Shown: piece after piece, positions 19,064 to 30,600 of the stretch
Layout of the letters: each line of letters starts with the position of its first letter
Position numbering within the stretch: position 1 is the first letter of the stretch
Assembly (NCBI GenBank): GCA_038207335.1
Contig: JBBQZX010000001.1
Coordinates: 128,001-192,000, forward strand
DNA: 64,000 nt
DNA from: Chthoniobacterales bacterium
GTDB taxonomy: Bacteria; Verrucomicrobiota; Verrucomicrobiia; Chthoniobacterales; Chthoniobacteraceae
Direction: 5' to 3'
Notes under the pieces: model-generated
Told to the model about the DNA's origin: nothing
The model's input: the letters and a program-made list of their open reading frames with translations, nothing else
The model's database searches: none
Translations under genes and position numbers: made by a program

Positions 19064-19125
19064 GGTGCCCGGCTTTTACGTTCCGGCGCAAGTTGCCGGA
19101 TGTGTGAGTGAGAGAAGTCGGCACC
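19064..19125 (+). promoter_or_regulatory. Long 5' leader hairpin upstream of the PEP-CTERM gene
   Basis: GGTGCC/GGCACC outer stem, GGCTTTT/AGAAGTC, inner TCCGGC/GCCGGA stem with GCAAGTT loop. Confidence 0.4.
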
Positions 19126-19156
19126 TTACCCCCGCAGTTAACCCCCTCGCTTGACC

Positions 19157-22100
19157 ATGAAAACAACCTGCCGTACGCACTCGCGCAGCTTCCGCCGCGC
19201 CGCTCTCATTTCCAGCGCCGCCGCGCTGCTCGCCCCCGCCGCATTCAGTGCCACATTCACATGGAGCAATAGCACTGGCAACTGGAGCGACCCGACCCGT
19301 TGGTCGCCCAGCTCTCCCGTGAGCGCTGCGGATACCGAACTCGTCTTCGGCGGCACAGGAGGCACGGGCTACACCTCGACGGACGATCTCGGGACCGCGT
19401 TTTCGCTGAATATCCTCACCCTCAACAGCACGGCGACCGTCGCAGAGACGATCGCCGCCACGGCAGGCAGTTCGCTGAATTTCGTCGTCAATGGGGCCTC
19501 CAACCCGGTGATCTCGCAAGGCGGCACCGGCGCTTTTAATCTCGGCATCCCCCTGACGGTGAGCAATCCGCTTCTGCTCATCGGTGGCCCTACTGCGGGC
19601 ATCGTCTCGCTTCAGGGCATCGTCTCCGGCGCGGGGGGGCTCACTTTTACGGGAGGAAAATGGCGCATCACAAACATCGCAAACGCCTACACCGGCGGCA
19701 CGAACGTCGGTGCCAGCGCATTCGTGGAACTCGCGAGCGATGGGGCCGCGCCGCAGAGCATTTCGTTTGCGACCGGTGCAACCTCGCTGCTCGGCGGCAA
19801 CACCGGCAACACGCTCACGATCAATGGCGGGACGCTGAAGCTCACGACCTCCGGCATCGGAAGTCTCGCGCTCGGCGGAGCACGTCCCGTGACTTTCGGC
19901 GCGAATGGCGGCACGCTCGACCTGACCAATGTGAACACCGTCTCCGCGACGGCGCAGGGCGGGAACATCACCGGCGGCGACCTCGCGCTCACGCTGAACT
20001 CGACAGTCGGTAATCCGGCGGTGATCAAATTCAACGGCGGCCAACTGGGCTTGCAGACAAATAACGCGACGGATGGCAACTGGGGCACTGGCAATGCCCT
20101 GCGTATCTCGAGTTTCGCGGGCACCGGGCCGGTGCGCTTCGAGATCACGAATGGCGCGACTTTACGCTCGGGTGTCGGAAATACCGCCAATAATACTGTG
20201 ACACAGACCACGACTCTGCGCGGCGTGGTCGGCGGCGATCCCACGTCAGGACCGGCGGGCACCGTGCTCACTGGCATCAGTCGTTCGACGGGGCGGTTCA
20301 TCATCGATGCCGCGCCGGAGCTGACTTACACGAATCTGACATTCGAGGGCGCAACGCAGGTCGGCGTCACAGGCACGACTCGGGCGCTGAATGGAAACAT
20401 CATCATCGGCGGCGGCGCGAACGCCGGCTATGTAGCCTTTAATGGACGCGGCACTGGCACTGCGCTCAACTCCACGGTCAACGCGCCCAATACGAACACT
20501 GCGGGTCAAAACATTCTCTGGCTCCTACGCAACGCCAACGGGACGCTGACGATTCAGGATGGCGGCATCGCGGATTTCAACACGCGGATTCGCTCCGACA
20601 CCTCAGGGCCGAACGGCAACGGCGTCGCCCTCGATGGCCCTGCCACGATCAATGCCGGCGGCACGCTGCGCTTCGCGCAATCCGTCTCCAATTTCACCCC
20701 CGGCATCCCTGGGACCACCGCCAGCGTCGGCGACATTCTCATCTATGGGGACATCACGGGGCAGGGGACGACTGCGAAGGACTCCGTCCTTTCCATCCTG
20801 CTCCCCCAGCCGCAGCCAGGTGCCGCGGTTTCCTCGGGAGTGCCAGCCACTCTGACGACGGATACAAACACGACCACAAACATCCGCCCGTACGGCGGCC
20901 TTGTCTTCGACGACTCGCGCGGAACCGCGGACTTGATCGTGAACGGCACCGGCTTCGGCGGCTTGAAAGTCGAGGGCCTCGCGCGGCCAAACGGCTTGAT
21001 CCAAGGCAACGTGGCAGACCCCGTCACCAATGACGTAAAGGTCGCCTCCGTCCTCACGTCCGCCCGCCTCTCGCGCATCACCGGCACTGGCGGCTACCTC
21101 ACCGCCGCGCCTGCCGGAGCGGCGTTTAGCTTCCCCGCCGGAGGCGAGTGGGCGCCCGGAGTCACCGTCGGCTTGAAGATTGTGGATAGCAACGTCGGCG
21201 CTGGGACCGATGTCTCCGTCGCGGCGATCAGCTCTTTCAACCACAACATCGTGATCGACACCGGCGCGACCCTCGACACCGGGGCAGGGGCTTTCACCAT
21301 TGGCTCTACTCAGGCTTCCACCCTCGTCGGCACGGGTAAAATCATCGGCTCGGGTGGCGTCACCGTCGCGGCGGGCTCGACGATCGCCCCGGGTCTCGCC
21401 GGCCTCGGCACGCTGACCGTCGGGAATTTCACGATCGGCGGTTCTCTCCAAATCGACGCCACGAATGCACCCACCTCCGATCAACTCATCGTCCTCGGAA
21501 ACCTGACGCTGAGTGCCGGGAGCACCCTCTTGCTGCCGGGAACGAACACCTACGGCACCGCCGACATCACCTTCGCGACCTACACCGGCGCGCTCCTCGG
21601 CACCTTCACGAACACCACCGGCCTGCCCGGCAACTACCTCGTCGATTACACAACACCGAACGCCATCAAGCTCGTCTTCAACACGCCGACCGACATCTGG
21701 AACGGCAACGTGAACGGCAATTGGGATCACGCCACGCTCAACTGGCAGGGTGGCGTTGCCTTTACCGATATTCATAACGCGCTCTTCGACGACACCGCCG
21801 CGGGCACGCACATCGTCACCATCGTCGGCGGCGACGTAGCGCCAAATAAAGTCACCGTCAACACCGCCGCAGGCTATTCCATCACCGGCTCCGCCGGAAA
21901 TGCGATTGTCGGCAGTGCGGCTCTCATCAAGCAAGGCGCAGGCACGCTGACGATTTCGGGGCCGCACAGATTCTCCGGCGGGACGACAGTCACTGGCGGC
22001 ACCCTTCGGCTCGGTGCAAATGAATCGCTCCCCGACGGCGGCACAGTCGTCGTATCGTCGGGCGCCACGCTCGATGCGAACGGCAAGACCGAGACGACTG

Positions 22101-24277
22101 GCGCGCTCACGATCAACGGCACGCTGAATGGCGGCGGCACCATTAATGCCAGCGCGTCGTTTGGGCCTGCCGCCACGGGCGCGGTCGCCGCGCTCACCGG
22201 CACATCGCTTTCGCTCGGCACCGGCGCGTCGCTCACTGCCACCGGCGCCGTAAGCGTCACGGGCACGACGACTCTCGGCGACGGCGCGACACTCACCGCC
22301 GCCTCGAATGCCCTCAGCAGCGATGTCATCAAAAACGGCACCGGCGCTGGCGCGACCATCTCCGGCCCTATCAATCTCGGCGGCGCGACGCGCACCTACA
22401 CCATCTCCTCCGGCACCGGCCCGGATCTGACCCTCGGCGGCGCGATCTCCAATGGAGGACTCACCAAAGCCGGCCCCGGCATCCTGCTGCTCAATGGAGC
22501 GAGCACCTACTCCGGCTCGACGACCATCAGCGGCGGCATCCTCCGTGCCGGCGCGGCGAACAGCTTCTCAGCCACGAGCGACATCACCGTCGGCGCGGGC
22601 GCGACGCTCGACAACGGCGGCTTTAGCGTCACCACCGGTGGCATTTCCGGCACCGGCACCATCGCTCTGAATGGCGGCGCGCTCACCGCGAATTTTGCCA
22701 CAGACAGCATCGTGGCCACCCTCATCAGCGGTTCCGGCGCTTTCCTCAAAACCGGCCCGGGCGTCGCCACCATCAACACCGCCAACACATACTCCGGCGG
22801 CACCTTCATTTCCGGCGGACGCATCCGCTCAGGGAATGTGAACGCCCTCGGTGCCAGCGGTTCCACCACCACCGTCTCGACGGGCGGCATTTTGGTCCTC
22901 ACCGTTGGCAGCCAGGCGCAAACCCTCGTCCTCGACGGCGGTATCCTCTCCGGCGTTGGCCTCGCAAACGGCACGAACATCATCACGGGCGAGCTGACCG
23001 TCGCCAGCCCGTCCACCATCGAGCTCTTCGACCACGCCACCCCCGCCACCGCGAGCGAGATGTTCCTCGGTACCGTTCTGCATGGGAGTGGAAATCTCAG
23101 CATCCTTGCCAATTCCACCGTCACTTCAGCCGATGGCGGCCCCGGCTTCCGACCGGCAAACATCACGACCAACTCCGACTACAGCGGCATCGCCACCTTG
23201 AGCCAGCGAGCGAAAATCGACCTGCGCGGCCCCGGCGTTGGCGTCGCGTCGCAGTTCAGCTCCTTTGGCAGCGCCACGATCCGGCTCAACACCGGCACTC
23301 TAGTCTTTGGTGCTAGCAGCTCGACCGGCAGCTATTCGCAAATCAACGTCCGCGCAGATCATAACAACAACTACGGCAATAACATCGAACTCCTCGGCAC
23401 CGGTTCTGCCGTCCTCTCGTTCGTCAATATCGGCACTGGTGACGCAAACGTGGAACACACCTTTGGAGACCTTAAAATCGGCGACCAGCAGCGCCTTGTG
23501 ATCACCAAAAACCACGCCGACTACACTGGCTTCTTCCCCACCGTCCACCTCCAGGGCGGCGTAGCGGAAATCAGTCCGAACGACCCCATCGCGGCCCTCG
23601 GCGGCGGCAATCTGCGCTTCGGCGCGGTCACCGAATCCGTCGCGGGCTCGGGCTTTTCCATGGAAGGCCTCGGCACCCTCACTCTCTCTGGCGCGAGCAA
23701 CTACACCGGCCCCACCCGCATCAACAACGGCACCGTCATCCTCTCCGGCTCCATCGCCGGCAGCAGCGGCATCGCGGTGAATAATGGCACCCTGACTGGC
23801 GGCGGCACCACCGGTGTGGCTGTCACCGTCGGCGACGGCATCGGCGCCGCCTCCACCGCCACCATCGCCCCCGGCACCCCCACGACCATTGGCAACATCT
23901 TCACCGGCCCCCTCAGCCTCCTCGCCGACGGCCAATACAAACTCGAGCTCTCCACCGACAATCTCAGCACCGACCAGATCTTCGTTGGGGGCCCTCTCAC
24001 TCTCGGCAGCGGCATCGCCGCACTGAATGCCACCAACCTCGGCAGCAACATTCTCAACAACGCCGAGACATTCACCATCGCCATTGCCAGCGGTGCGGTC
24101 ACCGGCACCTTCGCCGGACTCCCTGAGAACGCGGCACTCTCCCTCAACGGCACGAACTTCAACATCCACTACCTCCCGAACTCCGTCGTGCTGCAAGCCG
24201 TCCCCGAGCCCGGTGCCATTGTCAGCCTCTTCGGCGGTGCCGCCCTCCTCCTCGGCCTCCGCCGCCGTCGCGGCTGA
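19157..24277 (+). CDS. PEP-CTERM surface protein with autotransporter-associated beta-strand repeats
   Basis: Signal peptide; repeated K.G.GTL.L.G..TYSG.T.I.GG.L motifs; C-terminal VPEPGAIVSLFGGAALLLGLRRRRG. Confidence 0.92.
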   Translation: MKTTCRTHSRSFRRAALISSAAALLAPAAFSATFTWSNSTGNWSDPTRWSPSSPVSAADTELVFGGTGGTGYTSTDDLGTAFSLNILTLNSTATVAETIAATAGSSLNFVVNGASNPVISQGGTGAFNLGIPLTVSNPLLLIGGPTAGIVSLQGIVSGAGGLTFTGGKWRITNIANAYTGGTNVGASAFVELASDGAAPQSISFATGATSLLGGNTGNTLTINGGTLKLTTSGIGSLALGGARPVTFGANGGTLDLTNVNTVSATAQGGNITGGDLALTLNSTVGNPAVIKFNGGQLGLQTNNATDGNWGTGNALRISSFAGTGPVRFEITNGATLRSGVGNTANNTVTQTTTLRGVVGGDPTSGPAGTVLTGISRSTGRFIIDAAPELTYTNLTFEGATQVGVTGTTRALNGNIIIGGGANAGYVAFNGRGTGTALNSTVNAPNTNTAGQNILWLLRNANGTLTIQDGGIADFNTRIRSDTSGPNGNGVALDGPATINAGGTLRFAQSVSNFTPGIPGTTASVGDILIYGDITGQGTTAKDSVLSILLPQPQPGAAVSSGVPATLTTDTNTTTNIRPYGGLVFDDSRGTADLIVNGTGFGGLKVEGLARPNGLIQGNVADPVTNDVKVASVLTSARLSRITGTGGYLTAAPAGAAFSFPAGGEWAPGVTVGLKIVDSNVGAGTDVSVAAISSFNHNIVIDTGATLDTGAGAFTIGSTQASTLVGTGKIIGSGGVTVAAGSTIAPGLAGLGTLTVGNFTIGGSLQIDATNAPTSDQLIVLGNLTLSAGSTLLLPGTNTYGTADITFATYTGALLGTFTNTTGLPGNYLVDYTTPNAIKLVFNTPTDIWNGNVNGNWDHATLNWQGGVAFTDIHNALFDDTAAGTHIVTIVGGDVAPNKVTVNTAAGYSITGSAGNAIVGSAALIKQGAGTLTISGPHRFSGGTTVTGGTLRLGANESLPDGGTVVVSSGATLDANGKTETTGALTINGTLNGGGTINASASFGPAATGAVAALTGTSLSLGTGASLTATGAVSVTGTTTLGDGATLTAASNALSSDVIKNGTGAGATISGPINLGGATRTYTISSGTGPDLTLGGAISNGGLTKAGPGILLLNGASTYSGSTTISGGILRAGAANSFSATSDITVGAGATLDNGGFSVTTGGISGTGTIALNGGALTANFATDSIVATLISGSGAFLKTGPGVATINTANTYSGGTFISGGRIRSGNVNALGASGSTTTVSTGGILVLTVGSQAQTLVLDGGILSGVGLANGTNIITGELTVASPSTIELFDHATPATASEMFLGTVLHGSGNLSILANSTVTSADGGPGFRPANITTNSDYSGIATLSQRAKIDLRGPGVGVASQFSSFGSATIRLNTGTLVFGASSSTGSYSQINVRADHNNNYGNNIELLGTGSAVLSFVNIGTGDANVEHTFGDLKIGDQQRLVITKNHADYTGFFPTVHLQGGVAEISPNDPIAALGGGNLRFGAVTESVAGSGFSMEGLGTLTLSGASNYTGPTRINNGTVILSGSIAGSSGIAVNNGTLTGGGTTGVAVTVGDGIGAASTATIAPGTPTTIGNIFTGPLSLLADGQYKLELSTDNLSTDQIFVGGPLTLGSGIAALNATNLGSNILNNAETFTIAIASGAVTGTFAGLPENAALSLNGTNFNIHYLPNSVVLQAVPEPGAIVSLFGGAALLLGLRRRRG

Positions 24278-24404
24278 AAATCGCACACATCCGTCGGCGA
24301 CTTCAGCGGGAAAATGGGAAAGAAGAAAAGGGGGCGCTTCCTTTCCTGCTTTCGTGTTTGCCTGCTAAAATCCGAATCCACCCCGCCCGCCGTCGCAGGC
24401 GACG

Positions 24405-24607
24405 CTGACAGTTCCGCGCGGACTTTTTACCCGTTAAGCAGAGGCGGCTAGACAGTCGCGGGGAAGCCTTTGACGGTCATGAGGAAGACACTGACGGTTG
24501 TGTTTTGAACCCCTGACGGTTTTGAGGAAGAGCTAACGATCACGGACAATCGCGGGGAAGGGCCTGGCAATTGTGTTTTTACCGCTGACAATCGTGACCC
24601 GGCTCCG
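24405..24607. repeat. Degenerate ~21-bp tandem repeat between convergent genes
   Basis: Units start at 24451, 24472, 24493, 24515, 24535 (truncated), 24545, 24566, 24587, with a GAC(A/G)(G/A)T-like head. Confidence 0.65.
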
Positions 24608-24646
24608 GTCGCACGTGGTCACGAGAGGCACGAAGCGAGCGGTGCG

Positions 24647-27600
24647 CTATGGTTGGATGGGGGTGACTACCCGGTAGAATCGCTGGGTGAGGGAGGGGGT
24701 GGCGTCGGTGACATCGACGGCGTGGGCGGAGGCTTGGGGGGCGATGTCGGTGAACTTGATCCACGTGGCGTCGGTCAGGGCGGCTTTGTATTGGATGGTG
24801 TAGCCGTTGTTGGCGGACGCGGTGAACTTGATGTGCGTCTGGCCGGGGGCCGGGCTGGTGATGGCGACGGTGAGGCGGTCGGCTGGATTTTGTGGGTCGG
24901 TGCCAGCGAGGTATTCGGAAAGGTTGCTCTGACCGTCGCCGTCGGCGTCGAGGGCGCCGTCGTTGGGGTCGTTAGGGTTCAGGCCGTGGGCGAGTTCCCA
25001 GGCGTCGGGGATGCCGTCGTGATCGGTGTCGGTGGAGGCTTGCACATTTGCCGCACCGGGCGTGGGCATGAGGTCGGCGATAGTGGCGGTGCCGTCGGGG
25101 AAGCGTCCGCCGCTGATGCCGAGGGACTGCGGACCGAAGCTGATGGCTTCGATCTGGGTGCCGCTGGCACTGAAGAGGCCGATGGCTTCACCGCTCGGAT
25201 TGAGGGCGAAATTGACATGGCCGGGAGCCCCGCTAGTGTCGTTGTCGGCGATGTATGCCTGCCAGCGGGAGGTGCCAGCGCCGCCAATGAAGCTGAGAGC
25301 CGGGATTTGGAATTTGTCCCGCTTGGTCAGGTTGTCGGTGAGGAAATTGCCGCTGAGGAGGATGGGTTGGGCGGAGGTGTTGTAGAGCTCGAAGAAGCCG
25401 GGCGGAGTGCTCGGGTTGGCGAGCCATTCGTTGACTTTCACCGCGGTGACCGAGCCGAGGCCGGCCGCGACATTCGTACCGCCGCGCGATGGGAGGGTGA
25501 GGACGAAGGGCCCGACACCATTTGCGACGCGGCCCACCGCGAGGTCGGGGAGCTGCTGGCCGAAGGTGACGGAGTCTTCGAGTCCCCCACCCTCCGCGAT
25601 TTTCCTAAAGAGGAAGACGCCGCCGCCGGCGGGGCTGAGACCAAAGCCGGCGTTTGTGGCGGAGGGCGCGGCGAGGGCGTCGGTCTGGAGGACGAGGTAT
25701 CCGTCGGAGGGAATGATCGTGCTGGCGGGGGCGATCCATTTGCGCGGGGAGGAAACGTTGTCGGTGAGGGAGACGTCGGAGATGTCGATGGAGGAACCGG
25801 AGGTGTTGTGGAGCTCGATCCAGCCGAGGAGGGAGCCGTCGGGATTCGGCGCGGTGGTGTGGAGGGCGAGGACTTCGTTGAGGACGAGGGAATTGCCCGC
25901 TCCGGCGACGGGGACGTCGGCGTCGAGTTTCATGCCCCACACGATGTCGGAGCTGCCGCTGCCGCTGGACTGGGTATCGGCTTGGTGGACTTCGGCGACG
26001 AGGACGTTGTCGCCGACGACGAGCTGGCTGGCAGGGAGAATGACGGACTCCGGGGCGGCGTCGCCCTGAGTGCGGTTGGCGAGCGTGCTCCAGGCGACGG
26101 TGCCTGAGGCCATGCCGACGCGGCCAGCGGTCGGGGTGATCTCCTGGCCGTTGAGGTAGAGGACGCAGCCGTCGTCGAGCATGAGGGTGGCGTTGAGGGT
26201 GACGCCATTGAGGGCACCAGAGTAGGTGAAGTGGGTGCGGAAGTAGTAGGTCTGGTAGGGGCGCGCGGCACCGAATCCGGGAAGTGCGCTGGCTTTGGTG
26301 AACCCATCACCGTTCGTGAGCGCGGCATTCTCGATGTAAAGAAGCTGCTGGGACGGGCCGTTCCACGAGGTATCGGTAAATAGGGAATCAGTGAACGGGC
26401 GACTCTGTGCGTCATTGGGCGGCGCAGCGGTGACGCCCACGTAGTAACGCCAAGTCTGGTTGGCGGGGACGAGATGGACGGTGGTGGTGCCGCCTCCGCC
26501 GCCGCCGACGACGCCGGGGTTTGGGGCGCCGGGTGTGGGCTGGTTGAAGAAAGCGAAGGTGCTGGTGCCATTCGGCGTGCGGCCCTCGGATACATCGGTG
26601 GATTGGGAGCCGTAAACGATGCTGTCGATGAGATTTTGCGCCGGGTCGAAGAAGCCAATTTCACCCTGCGTCGGGGTGAGCTTGAAGGCGAGGTGGTCGG
26701 CGCCCTGCTGGGGATCGCTGTCGGCTTTGAAGGAGACGTATCCGCTCGGGGCGATGAAGGTGAGCGGGCTGAGGGGGCTGACTGTGATGTTCTCGACGGG
26801 GTTGTTCGTGAGGTAATGGTTGCCGATGTTGACGGGCAGAGAGGCTGGGTTGAAGAGCTCGATGAAGTCGGTGCCGACGCGTTCGTCGGTGAGCCATTCA
26901 TTGATTTGCACTCCGACTGATGGAGACTGCGCGGCGACGATATTCGCGGAGCCAAAGGTCGGGACACAGAGGTCCCATGCGGCGTCGGTGGAGCGCCGGC
27001 CGATCGAGTAATCGGCGAGCTGCGCGCCGAAGGAGATGGTGTCGATGACGACGCCGGTGCTGGATTTGAGCGTGACGGAGTCGCCGGATTGCTTGATGCC
27101 GAAGCCTGTGTGACCGGCGGCGATGTCGGTGTCGGCGTAGATGACTCGGAAGGCACCGGGCGCAAGATCGGGGGTGCCAGCGGGGAAGGTGAAGGTATTC
27201 GGTGGTGTGCCGCCATCGGTGAGGACGAGCCCAACGAGGACGGTGGCGGTGGCGGATGGGTTGTAGAGTTCGATCGCGTCGGGGTAGGTCGCTGGGGAGC
27301 CGACAGGGACGGACTCGGTGTTTTTCGCGATGACTTCATTGATGCGGACGCCGGGTGCTGGCGGGGCAACGTAGGTCGGATCGACAGTCCACGTTTTCGA
27401 GATCGTGACGGTCCCGTCCGGCCCGAGCTTGCTGTCGTTCTGGTAAAGTCCGACGTCGTTTTTACCGATGACCGTGACGGTGTGCGGGCCATTGGCGAGG
27501 CCGCTCAGGGAGATGGGTGTGCCGATGGGCGTCTCGGAACTGAACGCGCCGCTGTCGAGTTTCCACTGATATTTCGTGAAGCCGGACCCAAGCGGCCATG

Positions 27601-30600
27601 GGCCAGTGGGGATGGCAAAACCGGTCATATTAGTGCCGACGGTGAGGGTCGCAGTGCGCAGATTCGTGGTGCCGCGCGGCTCGCCGCCGATGCTCGCGCC
27701 GTGATTGACGACGCCGCCTTTGTCCCGGCCGTTGGGCCCGGTGCCGATGGCCGGGGAGCCCGGGAGGAGGCTGAACCAGTCGCGCATCACCTGCGCCTCG
27801 GCAAATGTGGCGAAGTTCGTTTCGGAGACGTCGGGGACGTGCTTGAAGCGGGGGTTGGCGACCGTGTTTCCGCTGCCGGGGCCGCTCCACGCAAAGGGGA
27901 GCAGGTTATTGTTGAAAGTCAGGACACTAGTGAGCGGTGGAGAGTAGGTGCGGGCGAGTGCTTCCACATCGTCGATGATATTTCCCTCCACATAGGTACC
28001 GACGCCCTGCGCAATGCCGTCGTCTGCGAGGTTAATCACGCCGCCGCGCGTTTCGGTGCCGCCAGTGCGGTTTTGATGCACCATCGTGTTGTTGAGCATC
28101 GTGAAGAAGTTGCCCTCCTTCGCCGTAATCATGCAGTCGCAATCGAAGAAGATGTTTCCGATGATCGTGATCTCGGATTTGTTGTTGACGGTCCCTTGAT
28201 CTTCGCCGCCAGAAACGGGGCTCGAGGTGTCAGGTGACCCATTTTTATGGCTGTGCAAAAAGATGTTTCCCTCGATCCATGCGTCCGTTCCGTCGAGGTC
28301 GAGAATGTCGTCCGTCGAGCCCATGAAGACGTTGTTGTAAAACTGAACGAGCGGCTCATTGGGGCGACTTCCGCCGGTAAAATCGATGATGTCGCTGTAG
28401 CCGCTGGAGATGCCAAAGTAGCTGTCGCGTACGATGCCGTAGCCGCCGGCTTTCACCCCGCCGACGCCGTGAACGGGCTCGAAAGCAGCAGTGGTATTGG
28501 GGAAGGTGCAGTTACTGACGAGGAAGCTGCTGGAGTCGAGGTGCAGGTAGGAGGTGGCTGTGCTGCCGAAGGTGAGGTGGTCGAGATAAACGGTGGCGTT
28601 CGAGCAGAGGATTTGCGGCGAGCCTCCGGCGAAATCGAGGTGCGCGTAGGCGATGCGGGTCTCCGGAGAACCGGCTGCGCCATTGATCTGAATGCTACCC
28701 CAATTCGTCGTCGCCCCGGGAGTGCGCGTGAAATGAATCGGCGCGCCTTCCGTCCCCTCAGCGAGCAATCGCCCACCATTGGCGACGACGAGATTCACGC
28801 CTGTGTTGAGATAAACGACCGTGCCCGGCTGGATGGTGAGCGTCGCGCCGCTAGGAATCGTCGCAGTGGCCGTGACGTTGTATGGCCCGCCTGCTGCCGT
28901 CCAAGTCGTAGCGCCAGTGATGCTGCCGCTGACCGAGACGACCGATGCGTCGTCATACCAGATTTCCTGAATCGCACGATCGGTCTCCGCGCCGGTGGAG
29001 TTGAAGGACTGAATGAGGATGCGGTTCGTGCCGGGCGTGAGCGTCACGCTCGCGGCGGTCCACTGCGCCTGCCATGCGCTCCATGTCGCCGCGACGCCGT
29101 TCACTTTCACGGATGCTGTGGTGATCGCGCTGGCTTTGCCGATCAGTTTGATGTGGCTCGGGTCGGCATTCGTGACATTTGCGGGCGTGGTCGCGGCGCG
29201 AGGCGCAACGCTGATCGTGAAGCCACTCTGCGTGGGCAACGCTGTGCCTGTCAGGGTTTGCGTGTTGGTCACGGAGACGTTCAGCGGGACTAGAGAGGCA
29301 ATGTAAGCGGTGCGTGCGGTCTGGAATGTCTTGATGCTGGTGATCTGCGCGGTGGGGACGACGCCGGTCAGGATTTGGTCGACGAGGGGATTGAAGTTCG
29401 CGGGAGCGAAAGCCCCGTCGAGGAGGCTTTTCAATTGGCCGTAGTAGATTCGTGAGAAGGCTGGGGTCTTGAAAAACGCGTTCATCGGCGTCGGGCCGTT
29501 GGCGGTCGCGTTGTCCTTTTGAATCATGCGGAAAAGGCCGTGCTGGGTCGGCGTCGGCACGTTGTCTCCCTGCCCGCAAATCGTGTCCAAGTCGTAAGGG
29601 ATGAATTTCGCGCGCGGATCGAGGACGCCGAAATAGAGGTAGTAGTCGTCGCCGTAGCCAGAGGAGATGTTCGTCTCGCTATTGTCCACGAGCGTCTCGG
29701 TGGCGAAAAAGCGCGCCCATTCCGCGACATCGACCTTTGCCTGAATTGAGGAGACGTAATCAGCTTCGTCGATGGCGTAGGTGACGTTGTAAGCCGCGTC
29801 GGAGCGTCCTTTTGCCAGCGCCTGCGTGAGGCCGATCAGGTCCGTCCATTTGTCCTCGCTGGCATTGGTCTTCTTGAAAAAGACCGTGCGATACGGGTCG
29901 GGCGGCAACTGCCCCGCGACCGGAGCCTGGTATTCGAGATAGGCGTCGGACATCGTGTTCGCGGGCGGAGCGACATCGGTTCGATTTCCACGGTAGATAT
30001 TTCCGGAGCTATCGAGCGGAAAATGATGATCCGCGAACTCGCTGTTCTGGACTTCATTCGCGACGTAAAAGCCGTAGCTGGGCGACCCGCTGCTGGAGTG
30101 ATCGAGCGCATTCCACCGCACCTGCACCTGACGCGAGTCCGGAGTGGCAAGCCCGGCTTGGCGGAAAAGCGCGCTGCCGAAAAGCTGCGAATGCGTCGTT
30201 TGTGTGTTGAGATTGAGCGCGGTCAGATTTTTCCAAGTGTGCGCATTTTCGAAGCTGACATTCAGGCTCTGCGGCAACGCGGACCGGCTGCCGTGGCCGC
30301 GGTTGCGAGTGCCGACGAGGTAGCGAAGTTCACTGCCAACGCCGTCGCGCGTGACCCACGTCGTGTTCATTTTCGCGTGGCTCAACGTCTGGTCGCTGGT
30401 GGAAAATGGCGCAACTGGCGTGTTCGCGTTGATCTGAACGAGTTCCGCCTTGTCCACGGCGCGCATGATGACTTTGTACAACGGCTCGGCTCCGGCGTAC
30501 GCCGTCTCATCGACTTGATAAAGGCAGTTCGTAAACTGCCCGGCTGTGCCTGCGGAGTTGATCGCCGGGGCTGGCCATGTGCGGATTTTGGCGCCCGCAT

